From: an uncultured delta proteobacterium
GTDB taxonomy: Bacteria; Myxococcota_A; Polyangia; Polyangiales; Polyangiaceae
Length of the DNA: 64,000 bases
Assembly: GCA_963806225.1 (NCBI GenBank)
Contig: CAWDXG010000004.1
Span: forward strand, 3,360,001-3,424,000
Reading direction: 5' to 3'
Shown piece by piece: positions 40,718 to 50,252 of this stretch. The position numbers and the translations under genes are program-made. The notes below the pieces were generated by a model. The model saw only the letters and a program-made list of their open reading frames with translations, ran no database searches and was not told the DNA's origin. The first letter of the stretch is position 1. Every line of letters begins with the position of its first letter.

Positions 40718-41806
40718 TCACTCCGGCTCGAGGTCGGCCGCGACCACATCGCCCGCCGAGACATGCTCGACGAGCAGCGACACCAGCCCAGCGAGCAGGC
40801 CCACGCTCATCTGGGCCACGTAGACGATGAACACGAACGCGGCGCCGCTCGAGACGACCCGGTCCGGTGCGAAGAAGAGAGCGAGCCCAGCGTAGAGCGA
40901 GAGCTGGAAAGCGCCGAAGAAGCCCGGTGCGCTCGGCACGAGGATCCCGAGGGCCAGCACGCCGATGACGACGCAGGCCCGGAAGAAGGTCACACCATCG
41001 AGACCCACACCCCACATGAGGAACTCGACCCCGGCAACATTGACCGCCCAGTAGACGAGCGTCACGAGCACGTACGGCCCCGAGTAGCGAAGCCGCGGCA
41101 GGAAGCCAAAGCCGCTAGCCACCCGTTCGACCGCGTCGGACAAGCTGTCGGCGAGGCGCGTCGAGACGAGACCGATGATGCGGCGGGTAGTGCGCCGCGC
41201 GAAGTCCCGGTGCCAGTAGAAGACCGCCATCGCCAGGAACGCCACGGCGAACAGCGTGGCCGCCGAATACGCAGCGCCAGGCACCACGGACGGCGAGACG
41301 GGCAGGTTCCCGATCTTTTCCGGCAGCGGCGAGAACGTCGACGCCAGCGGCAACGTAACGAGCAGGAGCACGCTCAGAATGAGGCCGTCGATGATGCGCT
41401 CGGCGCCGACGGTACCGGTCGCCGCCCATCCCGACAGCTCGTTCTTCTCGCGGATCATGGCGGGGCGCACGATCTCGCCAAGTCGAAACGGCAGCAGGAT
41501 CAACGCGCCGTTGCCGATCAGCGAAACCGTCACGATGCGCTTCAGCGGGACGACCCGGATTGGAGCGAGCAGGAAGTGCCAGCGCACCGAGCGCAGCAGC
41601 AGGACGGAGAGCCAGATCAAGGCGTACACCGGCACCGTCCACCCGCGCAGCCCGGAGAACGCGCTCCGCGCGGGCACGACCGGCAAGCCGCCAGCTTCCA
41701 AGAGCCAGATGAAGCCTGCCCCCACGACCACCGAAGCGAGCAAGGCGCGCACATGTCGCCGCGACCAGCCTCGACGACCTTTCGTCTGGGTCGCGCTCTC
41801 AGCCAT
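40718..41806 (-). CDS. Lysylphosphatidylglycerol-synthase-TM (flippase-like) membrane protein
   Basis: RSVRW..LL, LPFRLGEIVR, ERIID, PSAPGFFG. Confidence 0.85.
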   Translation of the reverse strand: MAESATQTKGRRGWSRRHVRALLASVVVGAGFIWLLEAGGLPVVPARSAFSGLRGWTVPVYALIWLSVLLLRSVRWHFLLAPIRVVPLKRIVTVSLIGNGALILLPFRLGEIVRPAMIREKNELSGWAATGTVGAERIIDGLILSVLLLVTLPLASTFSPLPEKIGNLPVSPSVVPGAAYSAATLFAVAFLAMAVFYWHRDFARRTTRRIIGLVSTRLADSLSDAVERVASGFGFLPRLRYSGPYVLVTLVYWAVNVAGVEFLMWGVGLDGVTFFRACVVIGVLALGILVPSAPGFFGAFQLSLYAGLALFFAPDRVVSSGAAFVFIVYVAQMSVGLLAGLVSLLVEHVSAGDVVAADLEPE

Positions 41807-42779
41807 CGCCGGGCGCCGAGATGCCCCGTTCGCGGGGCGCATCGCTGCTCTTTGTGTGCGGCTTGCGCACTATGAAGATCGGTCTCTGCTTCAGCTCCTC
41901 GTACATCGCAGACAGGTACATCGCGATCACTCCCACGCTGGTGAGCAGGAGCCCACCCAGCATGAGCTGGAGGAGGATAACGGTCGTGAAGCCGCTGAGT
42001 GCCTCGCCTCGAAGATACCGGTACAGCGTCTGGACCGCGAGAGCGCCCGCGAACATGAGCGTCACGAAGCCAAGCAGCGCGACGAGCCTGAGCGGCAGCA
42101 CGGAAAACGCGACCAGGTTCCTCACGGAATAGCGGAAGAGCGCGAAGTTCGACCACTTGGTCTGCCCTCCCGCCCGATCCGCGACGGCAAACGGCACCTC
42201 CGCTGTCCGATAGCCCACCCAGGTCACCAAGCCGCGGAAGAAGCGCGCTCTTTCCGGCAGCTCCACGACGGTGTCGACCACCTGTCGATCGAGCAGCTTG
42301 AAGTCGGAAGCACCGCGGAAGTTGTGTCCGGCTGCGCCGCCCATGAGCACATTGAAGACACGCGCCATGGCGCGGTAGAGGAGACCCTCCCTGGCCCGTC
42401 GCTCCTTGACCGCGCTCACGACGTCGTAACCCTCGTCCCACAGCTCGAGCATGCGGGATATCACGTCCGGCGGGTGCTGCAGGTCCGCATCCATGACGAT
42501 CACCGCGGAGCCGCGCGCCGTGGCGAGGCCCGCCGCGAGCGCCGCTTCTTTACCGAAGTTGCGGGACAGCGGCACGACCACGACCCGCGGGTCTCGCGCG
42601 GCCAACTGTTCGAGGCGCTGCAACGTGCCGTCCCCGGAACCGTCGTCTACGCACACGATCTCGAAGGAGCGCCCGGTCGCTTCCAGAACACCCTGCACCG
42701 TGCCGACCGAGTGCCCGGCGAGCTCCTCCTCGTTGTACATCGGCAGAACCACCGACACGTTCACGGTCCCAGGACTCAC
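41799..42779 (-). CDS. GT2 polyprenol-phosphate glycosyltransferase (GtrB/ArnC-like)
   Basis: PMYNEE, VDDGS, SRNFGKEAA, MDADLQHPP, two C-terminal TM helices. Confidence 0.92.
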   Translation of the reverse strand: MSPGTVNVSVVLPMYNEEELAGHSVGTVQGVLEATGRSFEIVCVDDGSGDGTLQRLEQLAARDPRVVVVPLSRNFGKEAALAAGLATARGSAVIVMDADLQHPPDVISRMLELWDEGYDVVSAVKERRAREGLLYRAMARVFNVLMGGAAGHNFRGASDFKLLDRQVVDTVVELPERARFFRGLVTWVGYRTAEVPFAVADRAGGQTKWSNFALFRYSVRNLVAFSVLPLRLVALLGFVTLMFAGALAVQTLYRYLRGEALSGFTTVILLQLMLGGLLLTSVGVIAMYLSAMYEELKQRPIFIVRKPHTKSSDAPRERGISAPGDG

Positions 42780-42800
42780 GACATCTGCTCCGTCTCGAGT

Positions 42801-44570
42801 CTACCCACCCGTCCACGCGCGCCGCAGGCGCTTCACGTCGACGAGCAGGAAGCGCCCCTCCCGGAACACCACTGCTGACGGAGGCACCTGGGCAAACAAG
42901 AGATCGTTTCGAGTCTTGTCGCGCAGGATGCGCGCGGCGAAGGCGGACAGGGGCTGGAACGAGCCCGACGCCCGGCGGAAGTTCCCCCCGTAGCGCGCCT
43001 GGTTGATGAGGAAATAGCTGACATGATACTTCGCAGCATACCGGAAGACGACCTCCGGCCGGGTCGCGTAGAGCGCGCGCAGCGTGTCTTCCGCCCGCTG
43101 CTTCTCCCTGTGCCATGAGCCGACGAACCAGGGCTGCAGCGTCTCGAATCCACCCACATTCGCGCGCTCCGCGAAAAGTGGGATGTTGTCGCCGTCCATC
43201 GGGTGCGTGGCGATGCGCGCATCGAGCGGAAGCTTGCGAATCTTGTCGTAGAGCGCGGCGTCCGGACGGGAGTCGATCGTCATGCCGTTCTTGGGAATGA
43301 CTCCGTCGCCGAGAACCACCCACATCCCACCCATGGCGAGAGCGGCTCCAAAGTTCCGGACCGTGTAGCGTGACCAGCTCCGGCTCCACCACCACAGGCA
43401 GGCAAATGAGGCGGTGACCAGGGCGAGCTCGGCGGCGCGCATCCCGAAGCTGTAGTAACGCTCCGGCGAATAGAGGTGGAACGCGAAGATGCGCGATGCC
43501 GCGTAGATCAGAGCCGAAGACGTGAAGAGCGTCAGACAGGCCCACTGCGGCGGAGTCAGCCGGAGCAGCGGCAACAACAGCAAGAGAGCGATCGCAGCAA
43601 TGATGACGGCGCTCTCGTACTCGTTGTAGGACCGGGCGGCCGCCGGCGAGAGCACCGGCTTTCCGGCAGGCCGGAGTGGTGCGGCAAAGTGCCTTCCGAA
43701 TTCGCTGGTGGGGTCGGAAAAAGGCAGGATCCACAGACGCCCCGAGCGCCCGAACGCCGGTTCCTTCTTCGCCTGTGCGAGCGTGTAGAGCGGCCCCCGT
43801 TCCGCACCGCCCGACGTCAACGCTGGCAAGACGCCCACGAGGCAGACCGCGACCAGCACCGCGTACCTCGCCAGTCGACGCAGCACGAGGCGCCAGGGGA
43901 TCCGGAACGCCCCGCGCACGGCCAAAATGCCTTCCGCACCGAGGGTCATCAGCATGACGGACGGGTAGGTCACCGACGCGAGCACGATCGCGGTCCGTCG
44001 CGTCCAGGGCTTCGCGGCGACGGCGCCGGCTATCCACAAGGCAAAGCACGGAAACCCGAACGCCCTCGGCAGCCCGCCCGCGATACGGTTGATGAAGAAC
44101 GTGTCGTGCAGCGCGAGGAACACCAGCAGCAAGCCGCCGCCGAGGCCCGCGCGCCGGCTCCGGACGAGCACGACGCCCGCATATGCCGTGATCGCGAGAC
44201 AGATCCCCTGCACGTACTTGGACGCGACGAACAGGCCGACCGCGGGAACAAGGATCCTGTAGAGCGCCCGCACCCCCAGCGGGACGAACTCCAGCATCTC
44301 CTTGGCGATGGGATCGTGAGCGAGTGCGTGGGACGGCTCGTAGCGGTGGAAGCCGAACAGGGCCGTCCGCGCGTCGTCGTTCTGCAGAGCGGGGTTCGTC
44401 AGCATCTCGCTGTTGCCCGACAGCCAGTGCCAGGCATACGCGATGAACAGACCCCAGACGACGGCCGCGCTGACCCAGTGCAGCCAGTGGCGCGGGAGAC
44501 CGTCGCGGAAGCGCTTGATGGCTCCTCGCCAGTAGTCCAGCCTCGCAAACTTTGCGAAGAACGCTCTCAC
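42801..44570 (-). CDS. Multi-TM membrane protein, possible GT-C-fold transferase
   Basis: GTGA overlap; first loop carries NDD; many TM helices and a C-terminal soluble domain. Confidence 0.65.
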   Translation of the reverse strand: MRAFFAKFARLDYWRGAIKRFRDGLPRHWLHWVSAAVVWGLFIAYAWHWLSGNSEMLTNPALQNDDARTALFGFHRYEPSHALAHDPIAKEMLEFVPLGVRALYRILVPAVGLFVASKYVQGICLAITAYAGVVLVRSRRAGLGGGLLLVFLALHDTFFINRIAGGLPRAFGFPCFALWIAGAVAAKPWTRRTAIVLASVTYPSVMLMTLGAEGILAVRGAFRIPWRLVLRRLARYAVLVAVCLVGVLPALTSGGAERGPLYTLAQAKKEPAFGRSGRLWILPFSDPTSEFGRHFAAPLRPAGKPVLSPAAARSYNEYESAVIIAAIALLLLLPLLRLTPPQWACLTLFTSSALIYAASRIFAFHLYSPERYYSFGMRAAELALVTASFACLWWWSRSWSRYTVRNFGAALAMGGMWVVLGDGVIPKNGMTIDSRPDAALYDKIRKLPLDARIATHPMDGDNIPLFAERANVGGFETLQPWFVGSWHREKQRAEDTLRALYATRPEVVFRYAAKYHVSYFLINQARYGGNFRRASGSFQPLSAFAARILRDKTRNDLLFAQVPPSAVVFREGRFLLVDVKRLRRAWTGG

Positions 44571-45601
44571 GACTGGGCCAGATCCGCGGAGGCGCTTTCG
44601 TGCGTAGCCGCGCTCCCGGGCAGGTATCCGGCGCCCACGATGCATTCGCGGACATAGTACGGCGGCTTGCCCTGGGACTCGTAGTACGTGCGCATCATGA
44701 CGTCCGCCACAAGCCCGAGCGAGACCAGCTGCACGCCCACCACGATGAGCAGCACCCCGAGCAGCAGCAGCGGTCGCTCGCCGATCGACTGGTGGTAGAC
44801 GAGCTTGTCGACTGCGAGGACGAGGCACAAGACGAAGCCGATGAACCCGCTCAGCAGACCGCCCAGCCCGAACACCTGCATCGGCTTGACCAGGTAGCTC
44901 TGCATGAAGCGCACGGTGATCAGATCGAGCACGACCCGCAGCGTACGACCGATGCCGTATTTGGATTTGCCGAAGCGGCGGGCGCGGTGGTTGACCTTCA
45001 TCTCCACGACGGTCGCTCCCACCCAGCTGGCCACGGCGGGGATGAAGCGATGCATCTCGCCGTAGAGGTGCAGTTCCTTGGCCACCTCCCTCTGCATCAC
45101 CTTCAGAGTGCAGCCGTAGTCGTGGAGGTGGACCTTGGTCGTGATGCTGATGATGCGGTTCGCGATCATCGACGGCAGCTTGCGGTTGATGAACGGGTCC
45201 TGCCGATTGGCCCGCCAGCCCGCCACCATGTCGTGGCCTTCGTCCAGCTTGGCGAGCATGGTGGGAATGTCCCGCGGGTCGTTCTGCAGGTCGGCATCGA
45301 GCGTGGCGAGGCTCTTGCCGCGCGCAGCGTCGAAGCCGGCCTGCATCGCCGCCGTCTGGCCGAAATTGCGGCGGAAGCGGATCAGCACCAGCGACGGATC
45401 CGTCTTCGCCGCCTCGACGAGCAGCTTGTAGCTGCCGTCGCTCGAGCCGTCGTCCACGAGGATGAGCTCGTAGGAGAGCCCGGTGGGGTCGAGGGCGGCG
45501 TGCAGCTCTTCGAGCAGCAGCGGGACGTTCTCCACCTCGTTGTACACCGGCACGACGACAGAGAGGTCGAGCGTGGCCGTGACGGTGGCGGGCGAGCTCA
45601 T
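44567..45601 (-). CDS. GT2 polyprenol-phosphate glycosyltransferase
   Basis: PVYNE, DDGSSD, RRNFGQTAA, LDADLQNDP, HDYGC, MHRFIP, SKYG. Confidence 0.92.
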   Translation of the reverse strand: MSSPATVTATLDLSVVVPVYNEVENVPLLLEELHAALDPTGLSYELILVDDGSSDGSYKLLVEAAKTDPSLVLIRFRRNFGQTAAMQAGFDAARGKSLATLDADLQNDPRDIPTMLAKLDEGHDMVAGWRANRQDPFINRKLPSMIANRIISITTKVHLHDYGCTLKVMQREVAKELHLYGEMHRFIPAVASWVGATVVEMKVNHRARRFGKSKYGIGRTLRVVLDLITVRFMQSYLVKPMQVFGLGGLLSGFIGFVLCLVLAVDKLVYHQSIGERPLLLLGVLLIVVGVQLVSLGLVADVMMRTYYESQGKPPYYVRECIVGAGYLPGSAATHESASADLAQS

Positions 45602-45761
45602 ATGGATAGGGTCCTGAGTAGGCGTCGGGAATCCAGGCACGGTGTTTAGCGGAAGGGCTTCGCGACACCAAGCTTCTCCCCGCCGGGCCACGTCGCGCCG
45701 CGCAGGCCTATCCGCGGAAGCTGAACGCAAATTCAGCATTCTCGACCGGAAGCAGACTGCC

Positions 45762-46721
45762 CTAGCGGTCAGCCGCCGGGGTCCCGCCGAACGGTCGTGC
45801 GACAAGCCACGCGCCGATGTCGCCAATCAACGACGCCGCGCGCGAGATGGCCGCGGCGCTGAGCGCTGCCGCCGAGCCGGTGCTGGACGCCAGGCCCACC
45901 GAGAGAATGGCCTCGCGCACCCCGACACCCGCGGGAGCGGCGAGCGCAATGAAGCCGCCGAGCGGCGCCAGCACGTACAGCCCCATGCCCGCCAGCGCGG
46001 ACTCTGGATCGGCACCGATGGCGCGACTGGCAAGGTAGCCGTGCACCGCCCAGGTCGACCAGTAAAGCACGTGCACCAACGGCAACCGGAGCGGCACGAG
46101 CGCGCCCTCACCCTTCGCGCCGAGGATGCGCCGCACGAAGCCGGGGTAGCGGCGTTGGTCCACGAGCAGCAGCACCAGCACCGCCGCCAGCGACGCGGCG
46201 ATGAGCGGCGGCGACCAGCGACCGAGCATCCGGGCCACGCCCGGCGCCAGGTGTCCCGTGCCGAGCAAGAGCCCGAAGCCGACCACGCTGCCCACCGAGA
46301 GCCAGGACAGCATCTCGACTCCAATCGAGCTGCCGATGCGCGCGGCGGGCACCCCGACGCGGTCCGCGCCCGCCATGCGCACGAGCGGCAAGCCCACCTT
46401 GCCCGGCGTGTAGCGGGCGAGCTGCGAGTCGAGATACAGGGCCAGCGAGGGCCCCGCCGGCACGCGCCGTCCGCTCATGCGACCGATAAGCGCGATCCAG
46501 CCGAACCCCTGGATGAGCGACCCGACGAAGAGCGGAATCAACGATAGCAATGCAGGCAGCCAGACGACGTGGACGGTGCCGGACTCCCAGCGCCGGACGA
46601 TGTCCCAGGCCGCGAACACGACGAAGCCGAGCCCGATGACCATCATCACGGGCTTCACCAGCCGGCGGACGCGCTCTGTGCCGCGTATGGAGTCGTCGTC
46701 GTTCGCCGGCGCTCCGCTCAC
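45762..46721 (-). CDS. Lysylphosphatidylglycerol-synthase-TM (flippase-like) membrane protein
   Basis: SQLARYTPGKV, PAGVGVRE, SRA. Confidence 0.8.
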   Translation of the reverse strand: MSGAPANDDDSIRGTERVRRLVKPVMMVIGLGFVVFAAWDIVRRWESGTVHVVWLPALLSLIPLFVGSLIQGFGWIALIGRMSGRRVPAGPSLALYLDSQLARYTPGKVGLPLVRMAGADRVGVPAARIGSSIGVEMLSWLSVGSVVGFGLLLGTGHLAPGVARMLGRWSPPLIAASLAAVLVLLLVDQRRYPGFVRRILGAKGEGALVPLRLPLVHVLYWSTWAVHGYLASRAIGADPESALAGMGLYVLAPLGGFIALAAPAGVGVREAILSVGLASSTGSAAALSAAAISRAASLIGDIGAWLVARPFGGTPAADR

Positions 46722-48742
46722 AAATGCCAGTCCTCGAGCAGCTTCTTGTTGTCCTTGGTACTGTGGCCCTTCTCGAGCAGCGCAAAATCCGCAATCCGCT
46801 TCACGACGCCGTACTTGCCGCTCTTCACCGCCTTGGTGAACTTCGGCTTGGTGTTGTCGAGATTCAACCCGCGTTGGGAAATCAGGATGTACTCGGCGTT
46901 GTGCGGGCCCTGGCGCAGCGAATAGATGAGCTTGCGGGAAGAGACGTGCGGCCCGACGTTCTCGCTCGCAGCGACCGAGGCGTCCCTGGGGATGAGCTTC
47001 TTGATCTGCTGGAGGTTTGCGTAGCGTTCGCGCTCGGCGGCCGTGTAGGTGAAATCGATGTTGAAGAAGCCGCCCTTGAACGTGCTTCGGCGGGGGAAGG
47101 CACCGAGATTGAACTGCATCACGGCCGACGAGAGCGCCATCGCCGTCACCGCCGCGTACATCCGGCTCTTGCCGTGGTCGGGGCTCCTCCCGATCGCCGC
47201 AAGCGCGACCGGAGCAGCCAGGAATAGATACGGGGTCCACTTCATCACGTACTCGAACGAGTAACCAATGGTCGGACCATAGTCGGTGGTAAACAGCGTC
47301 AGCACCGTGCCGGGAATGAACGCTGCCCACAGGTACCAGCGTCGCGCCGGCAACACGGCCAGCGGCACCAGCAGGTACATCAGATAGATGATCTTCTTCT
47401 TTATGAAGATCTTCGAGAACGTGAACACCGGGTTCGAGAGCGCGGTCTTGAGCACGCTCTTGAAGCCGTTCTCCGGGGCGGCCCACAGCCCCTTGTACAT
47501 GTTGGAAAACCACCAGTGTCCGGCGCTGGGCATGATGTAGAAGCGCAGGATGATGAACCACGTCATCGACACGGCGGCCATCACGAAGCCCGCGCGCGGC
47601 CGGTAGCCGCTCAGCACCAGGAACACGCCGACGACCGCCAGCCCTATGGGAATGTCCTCGCGCATCAGCGCCGCGGCGACGAACGCGAGGGCGAACAGGA
47701 CCCAGCGCTTCGCGTCCACGGCCCAGACCGTAGCCAGGACGAAGAAGCAGGCGATCGGCAGCCACTTCACCTCGTAGAAGTTGGCGCCCTGCATCGGGTA
47801 GTAGCAGAGGTATGAAAGCGCGATCAGGGCAGCGACCCACCTGGAGACGCGTTTCTTCGCGAAGGCGTACAGGGGCAATGCCCCCAGCCCGAGCAACACC
47901 GACTGGATGACGATCAGGGTCTCGCACTTCGGGAACAGCGCGTAGATCGGCAGGAACAGGTAGCCGCCGAACTTGGCATGCGTCGCGAGGTATCGCTCCG
48001 GATGGTCGGGAAAGACTATCGGGCTGTGCATGAAGACGCCCTTCAGGGCGCCGTACATGAGGTTGTTGTTGATCGACAGATCGAAATTGTGTGTCCTGAA
48101 CTTGTAGTGCCAGCGCAGCGTGTAGAAGGTCATGAACGCCGCGTAGAAAAGCGTTCCGGCGACCACGACTGCGAACGGACCGTGTTTCCTGAGGAAAGCA
48201 GGCACCCGCTCCCGGAGCCACGCGAGCCAGCGTTCCACGCGCTCGGGCACCGAGCGCAGCGAACGAGCCACCAGCACTTCCACCACCAGGATGGTGGCCA
48301 GCATCAGCTCCAGCAGGTCGGAGTGATGATCCTTCCAGGGCTTGTAGCGGAACAGCACCGGGAACGCGGGCAGCAGGATCAGCGGCGAGAGGAACCACAG
48401 AAGACGCTCCAACGGCCGGATGGATCGCTTCTTTTGCCACAGCACGATCAGCACGACGCCGACGATCAGCGCGGCGAGCCCCGCGCCGCCGAGCAGGCTG
48501 ACGATGAGCGTCATGCGGCGCTTCATCTCGAGCTCGTTGTGCACGAGGAAGCGCGTCACCCACTTGGCGCGGAACGTGAACTGTCCCCACACGATCAGCG
48601 CCGCGCCGATCAGTCCGCCCAGCGTCAGCGAACGCGTGACGCTTCCGAAGCCGCTCTGGGCCGCGACCGCTTCGTCGGCGAGGTCCGCGCCCCCTTCGCC
48701 CTGGTCAGGCTTCTCCGGATCAGAGCCGGACCCTGATGACAT
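46718..48742 (-). CDS. DUF2079-like membrane protein (GT-C-like)
   Basis: HYKFRTHNFDLSI, H..LFLPIYALFP..ETLIVIQS..LGA, MRED. Confidence 0.75.
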   Translation of the reverse strand: MSSGSGSDPEKPDQGEGGADLADEAVAAQSGFGSVTRSLTLGGLIGAALIVWGQFTFRAKWVTRFLVHNELEMKRRMTLIVSLLGGAGLAALIVGVVLIVLWQKKRSIRPLERLLWFLSPLILLPAFPVLFRYKPWKDHHSDLLELMLATILVVEVLVARSLRSVPERVERWLAWLRERVPAFLRKHGPFAVVVAGTLFYAAFMTFYTLRWHYKFRTHNFDLSINNNLMYGALKGVFMHSPIVFPDHPERYLATHAKFGGYLFLPIYALFPKCETLIVIQSVLLGLGALPLYAFAKKRVSRWVAALIALSYLCYYPMQGANFYEVKWLPIACFFVLATVWAVDAKRWVLFALAFVAAALMREDIPIGLAVVGVFLVLSGYRPRAGFVMAAVSMTWFIILRFYIMPSAGHWWFSNMYKGLWAAPENGFKSVLKTALSNPVFTFSKIFIKKKIIYLMYLLVPLAVLPARRWYLWAAFIPGTVLTLFTTDYGPTIGYSFEYVMKWTPYLFLAAPVALAAIGRSPDHGKSRMYAAVTAMALSSAVMQFNLGAFPRRSTFKGGFFNIDFTYTAAERERYANLQQIKKLIPRDASVAASENVGPHVSSRKLIYSLRQGPHNAEYILISQRGLNLDNTKPKFTKAVKSGKYGVVKRIADFALLEKGHSTKDNKKLLEDWHL

Positions 48743-49004
48743 AGCCGGCTCGTTTACCACGCGTCGTGCTCGGGCGTGACAGATACCCTTGCCGCAAAAG
48801 TCCACCCACACGGCAAGAAGGTCCTACCTTCTTGCCGCCGCGCCCCGGCAGCCGCCCCCGGACGGCGGGCCAGTGTGCTACTAGAAGCCAGGCGACGTTC
48901 GGATAGCTTCGCAGGCGCGCCGCCCGGCGCCGGCGGGCCGAAAGCCCGGTCCAGGCGACCCCCCCCGGTCCAGCGGGCCTGCGTCAGAGGAAAGGTTCAG
49001 CAAG

Positions 49005-49670
49005 ATGCGGCGAGCGATGACCCGGTCGGTCCTCGTAGGTGCAACGCTGGTACTGCTTGGCTCGGCCTGCGGCGGGCGGTCCACGATCGACTTCGGCGTT
49101 CCGCCGAGTGGAAACGGGACGGGCGGCACGACGAACACGGGCGGAAACGGCGGCGTCGTCAACACCGGGGGTACGGGCGGCGTCATCAGCTCGGGTGGCT
49201 CGGGTGGCTCGGGTGGCGTGGTCAGTACCGGCGGCGCAGGCGGCGTGTCCACGGGCGGCACGGCGGGTGTCGGCGCGACCGGCGGAGTCGGCGGCGGCAG
49301 CGGAGGGGTCGGCGGCTCGACGGGAGGCAGCGGCGGCAGCGGCGGCACCGGACCGCTCGCGTGCGTCCAGTGCATCGGCAGCCAGTGTCCGCAGGTGCAG
49401 CAGTGCATCATGGACCAGGCGTGCCGTCAGGGTGCGATCTGCGCGATCCAGAACTGTCTGGCAGGCGGCAGCGGCGGCCCGGGCGGCGTCGACTTCCAGT
49501 GCCTGTCGAAATGTTTCAACGGGAACCTCAGCGCAGGCTTCCAGGCGCTGCAGGGACTGCAGTGCGTGTTCTCCAAGTGCGGCAACCAGTGCCAGAACGG
49601 CATCCCCGGTCTGCCCGGCGGCGGCGGCCTGCCCGGCGGCGGCGGAACCGGCGCAGCCGGCGGCGGCTGA
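49005..49670 (+). CDS. Lipoprotein with a Gly/Thr-rich linker and a Cys-rich helical domain
   Basis: Lipobox GSAC; TGG repeats; multiple CxxxxC motifs. Confidence 0.8.
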   Translation: MRRAMTRSVLVGATLVLLGSACGGRSTIDFGVPPSGNGTGGTTNTGGNGGVVNTGGTGGVISSGGSGGSGGVVSTGGAGGVSTGGTAGVGATGGVGGGSGGVGGSTGGSGGSGGTGPLACVQCIGSQCPQVQQCIMDQACRQGAICAIQNCLAGGSGGPGGVDFQCLSKCFNGNLSAGFQALQGLQCVFSKCGNQCQNGIPGLPGGGGLPGGGGTGAAGGG

Positions 49671-49776
49671 CCCCTCGCGGCTTCGCGCTCACGCCGCGCT
49701 CGCGCCGCGCCGCGCTGAGCGGCCCGGCTTCATCACAGCGGCGCTGCGGTGGGGTTCGGCGCTGCGGCGCCTGGGT

Positions 49777-49902
49777 TTCCATAAGGGAAGTCATGGGCGC
49801 CTGGACGTCCGGATTCCGGACATTCCAGGGCCCATGACCGGTCATGCGTGCCCAGACGTCCGCTTTTCGGACATTTCGAGGGGTATGATTCTCCACATGG
49901 AA
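49777..49902. repeat. 126-bp imperfect nested palindrome
   Basis: TTCCAT..ATGGAA ends, CATGACC/GGTCATG centre, GTCCG-N5-CGGAC in each arm. Confidence 0.7.
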
Positions 49903-49925
49903 GTCGCCCAGCGACCTTTCTTCGG

Positions 49926-50013
49926 CCCCCCCCGCGCCCACGCCGCGCCCCCCCCGCGCCCACGCCGCGCCCCCCCCCGCGCCCACGCCGCGCCCCCCCC
50001 GCGCCCACGCCGC
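49926..50013. repeat. Four copies of a roughly 22-bp C-tract tandem repeat
   Basis: C(8-9)GCGCCCACGCCGCG repeated four times. Confidence 0.9.
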
Positions 50014-50252
50014 CCTGCCTCGTAGGGGACCCTCGCGGGCGCGCAGGCCGGCGCGTCGTGGGGCGTCGTGGAGCACCGGCCGGCCGAGCACCCGCGTGAG
50101 GGACCCGGGCGCGCGCCAGCGCGACCGGCGCCAGCTCGCCGCCCATTTGCCGGGGGAGCACCCCATCCGGAAAATCCTGCCTCGCCCGGGCGTTTGTCAT
50201 GGACGGGATGCCAGGCTGGCAGCACAGAGCGGGGACGCGTAGGCTTCGCGGA

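Noticed and set aside
48890..49000. Riboswitch upstream of the Gly-rich lipoprotein
   Set aside because: GC hairpins and a GAAA loop are present, but I could not match any aptamer consensus; an Rfam scan would be needed
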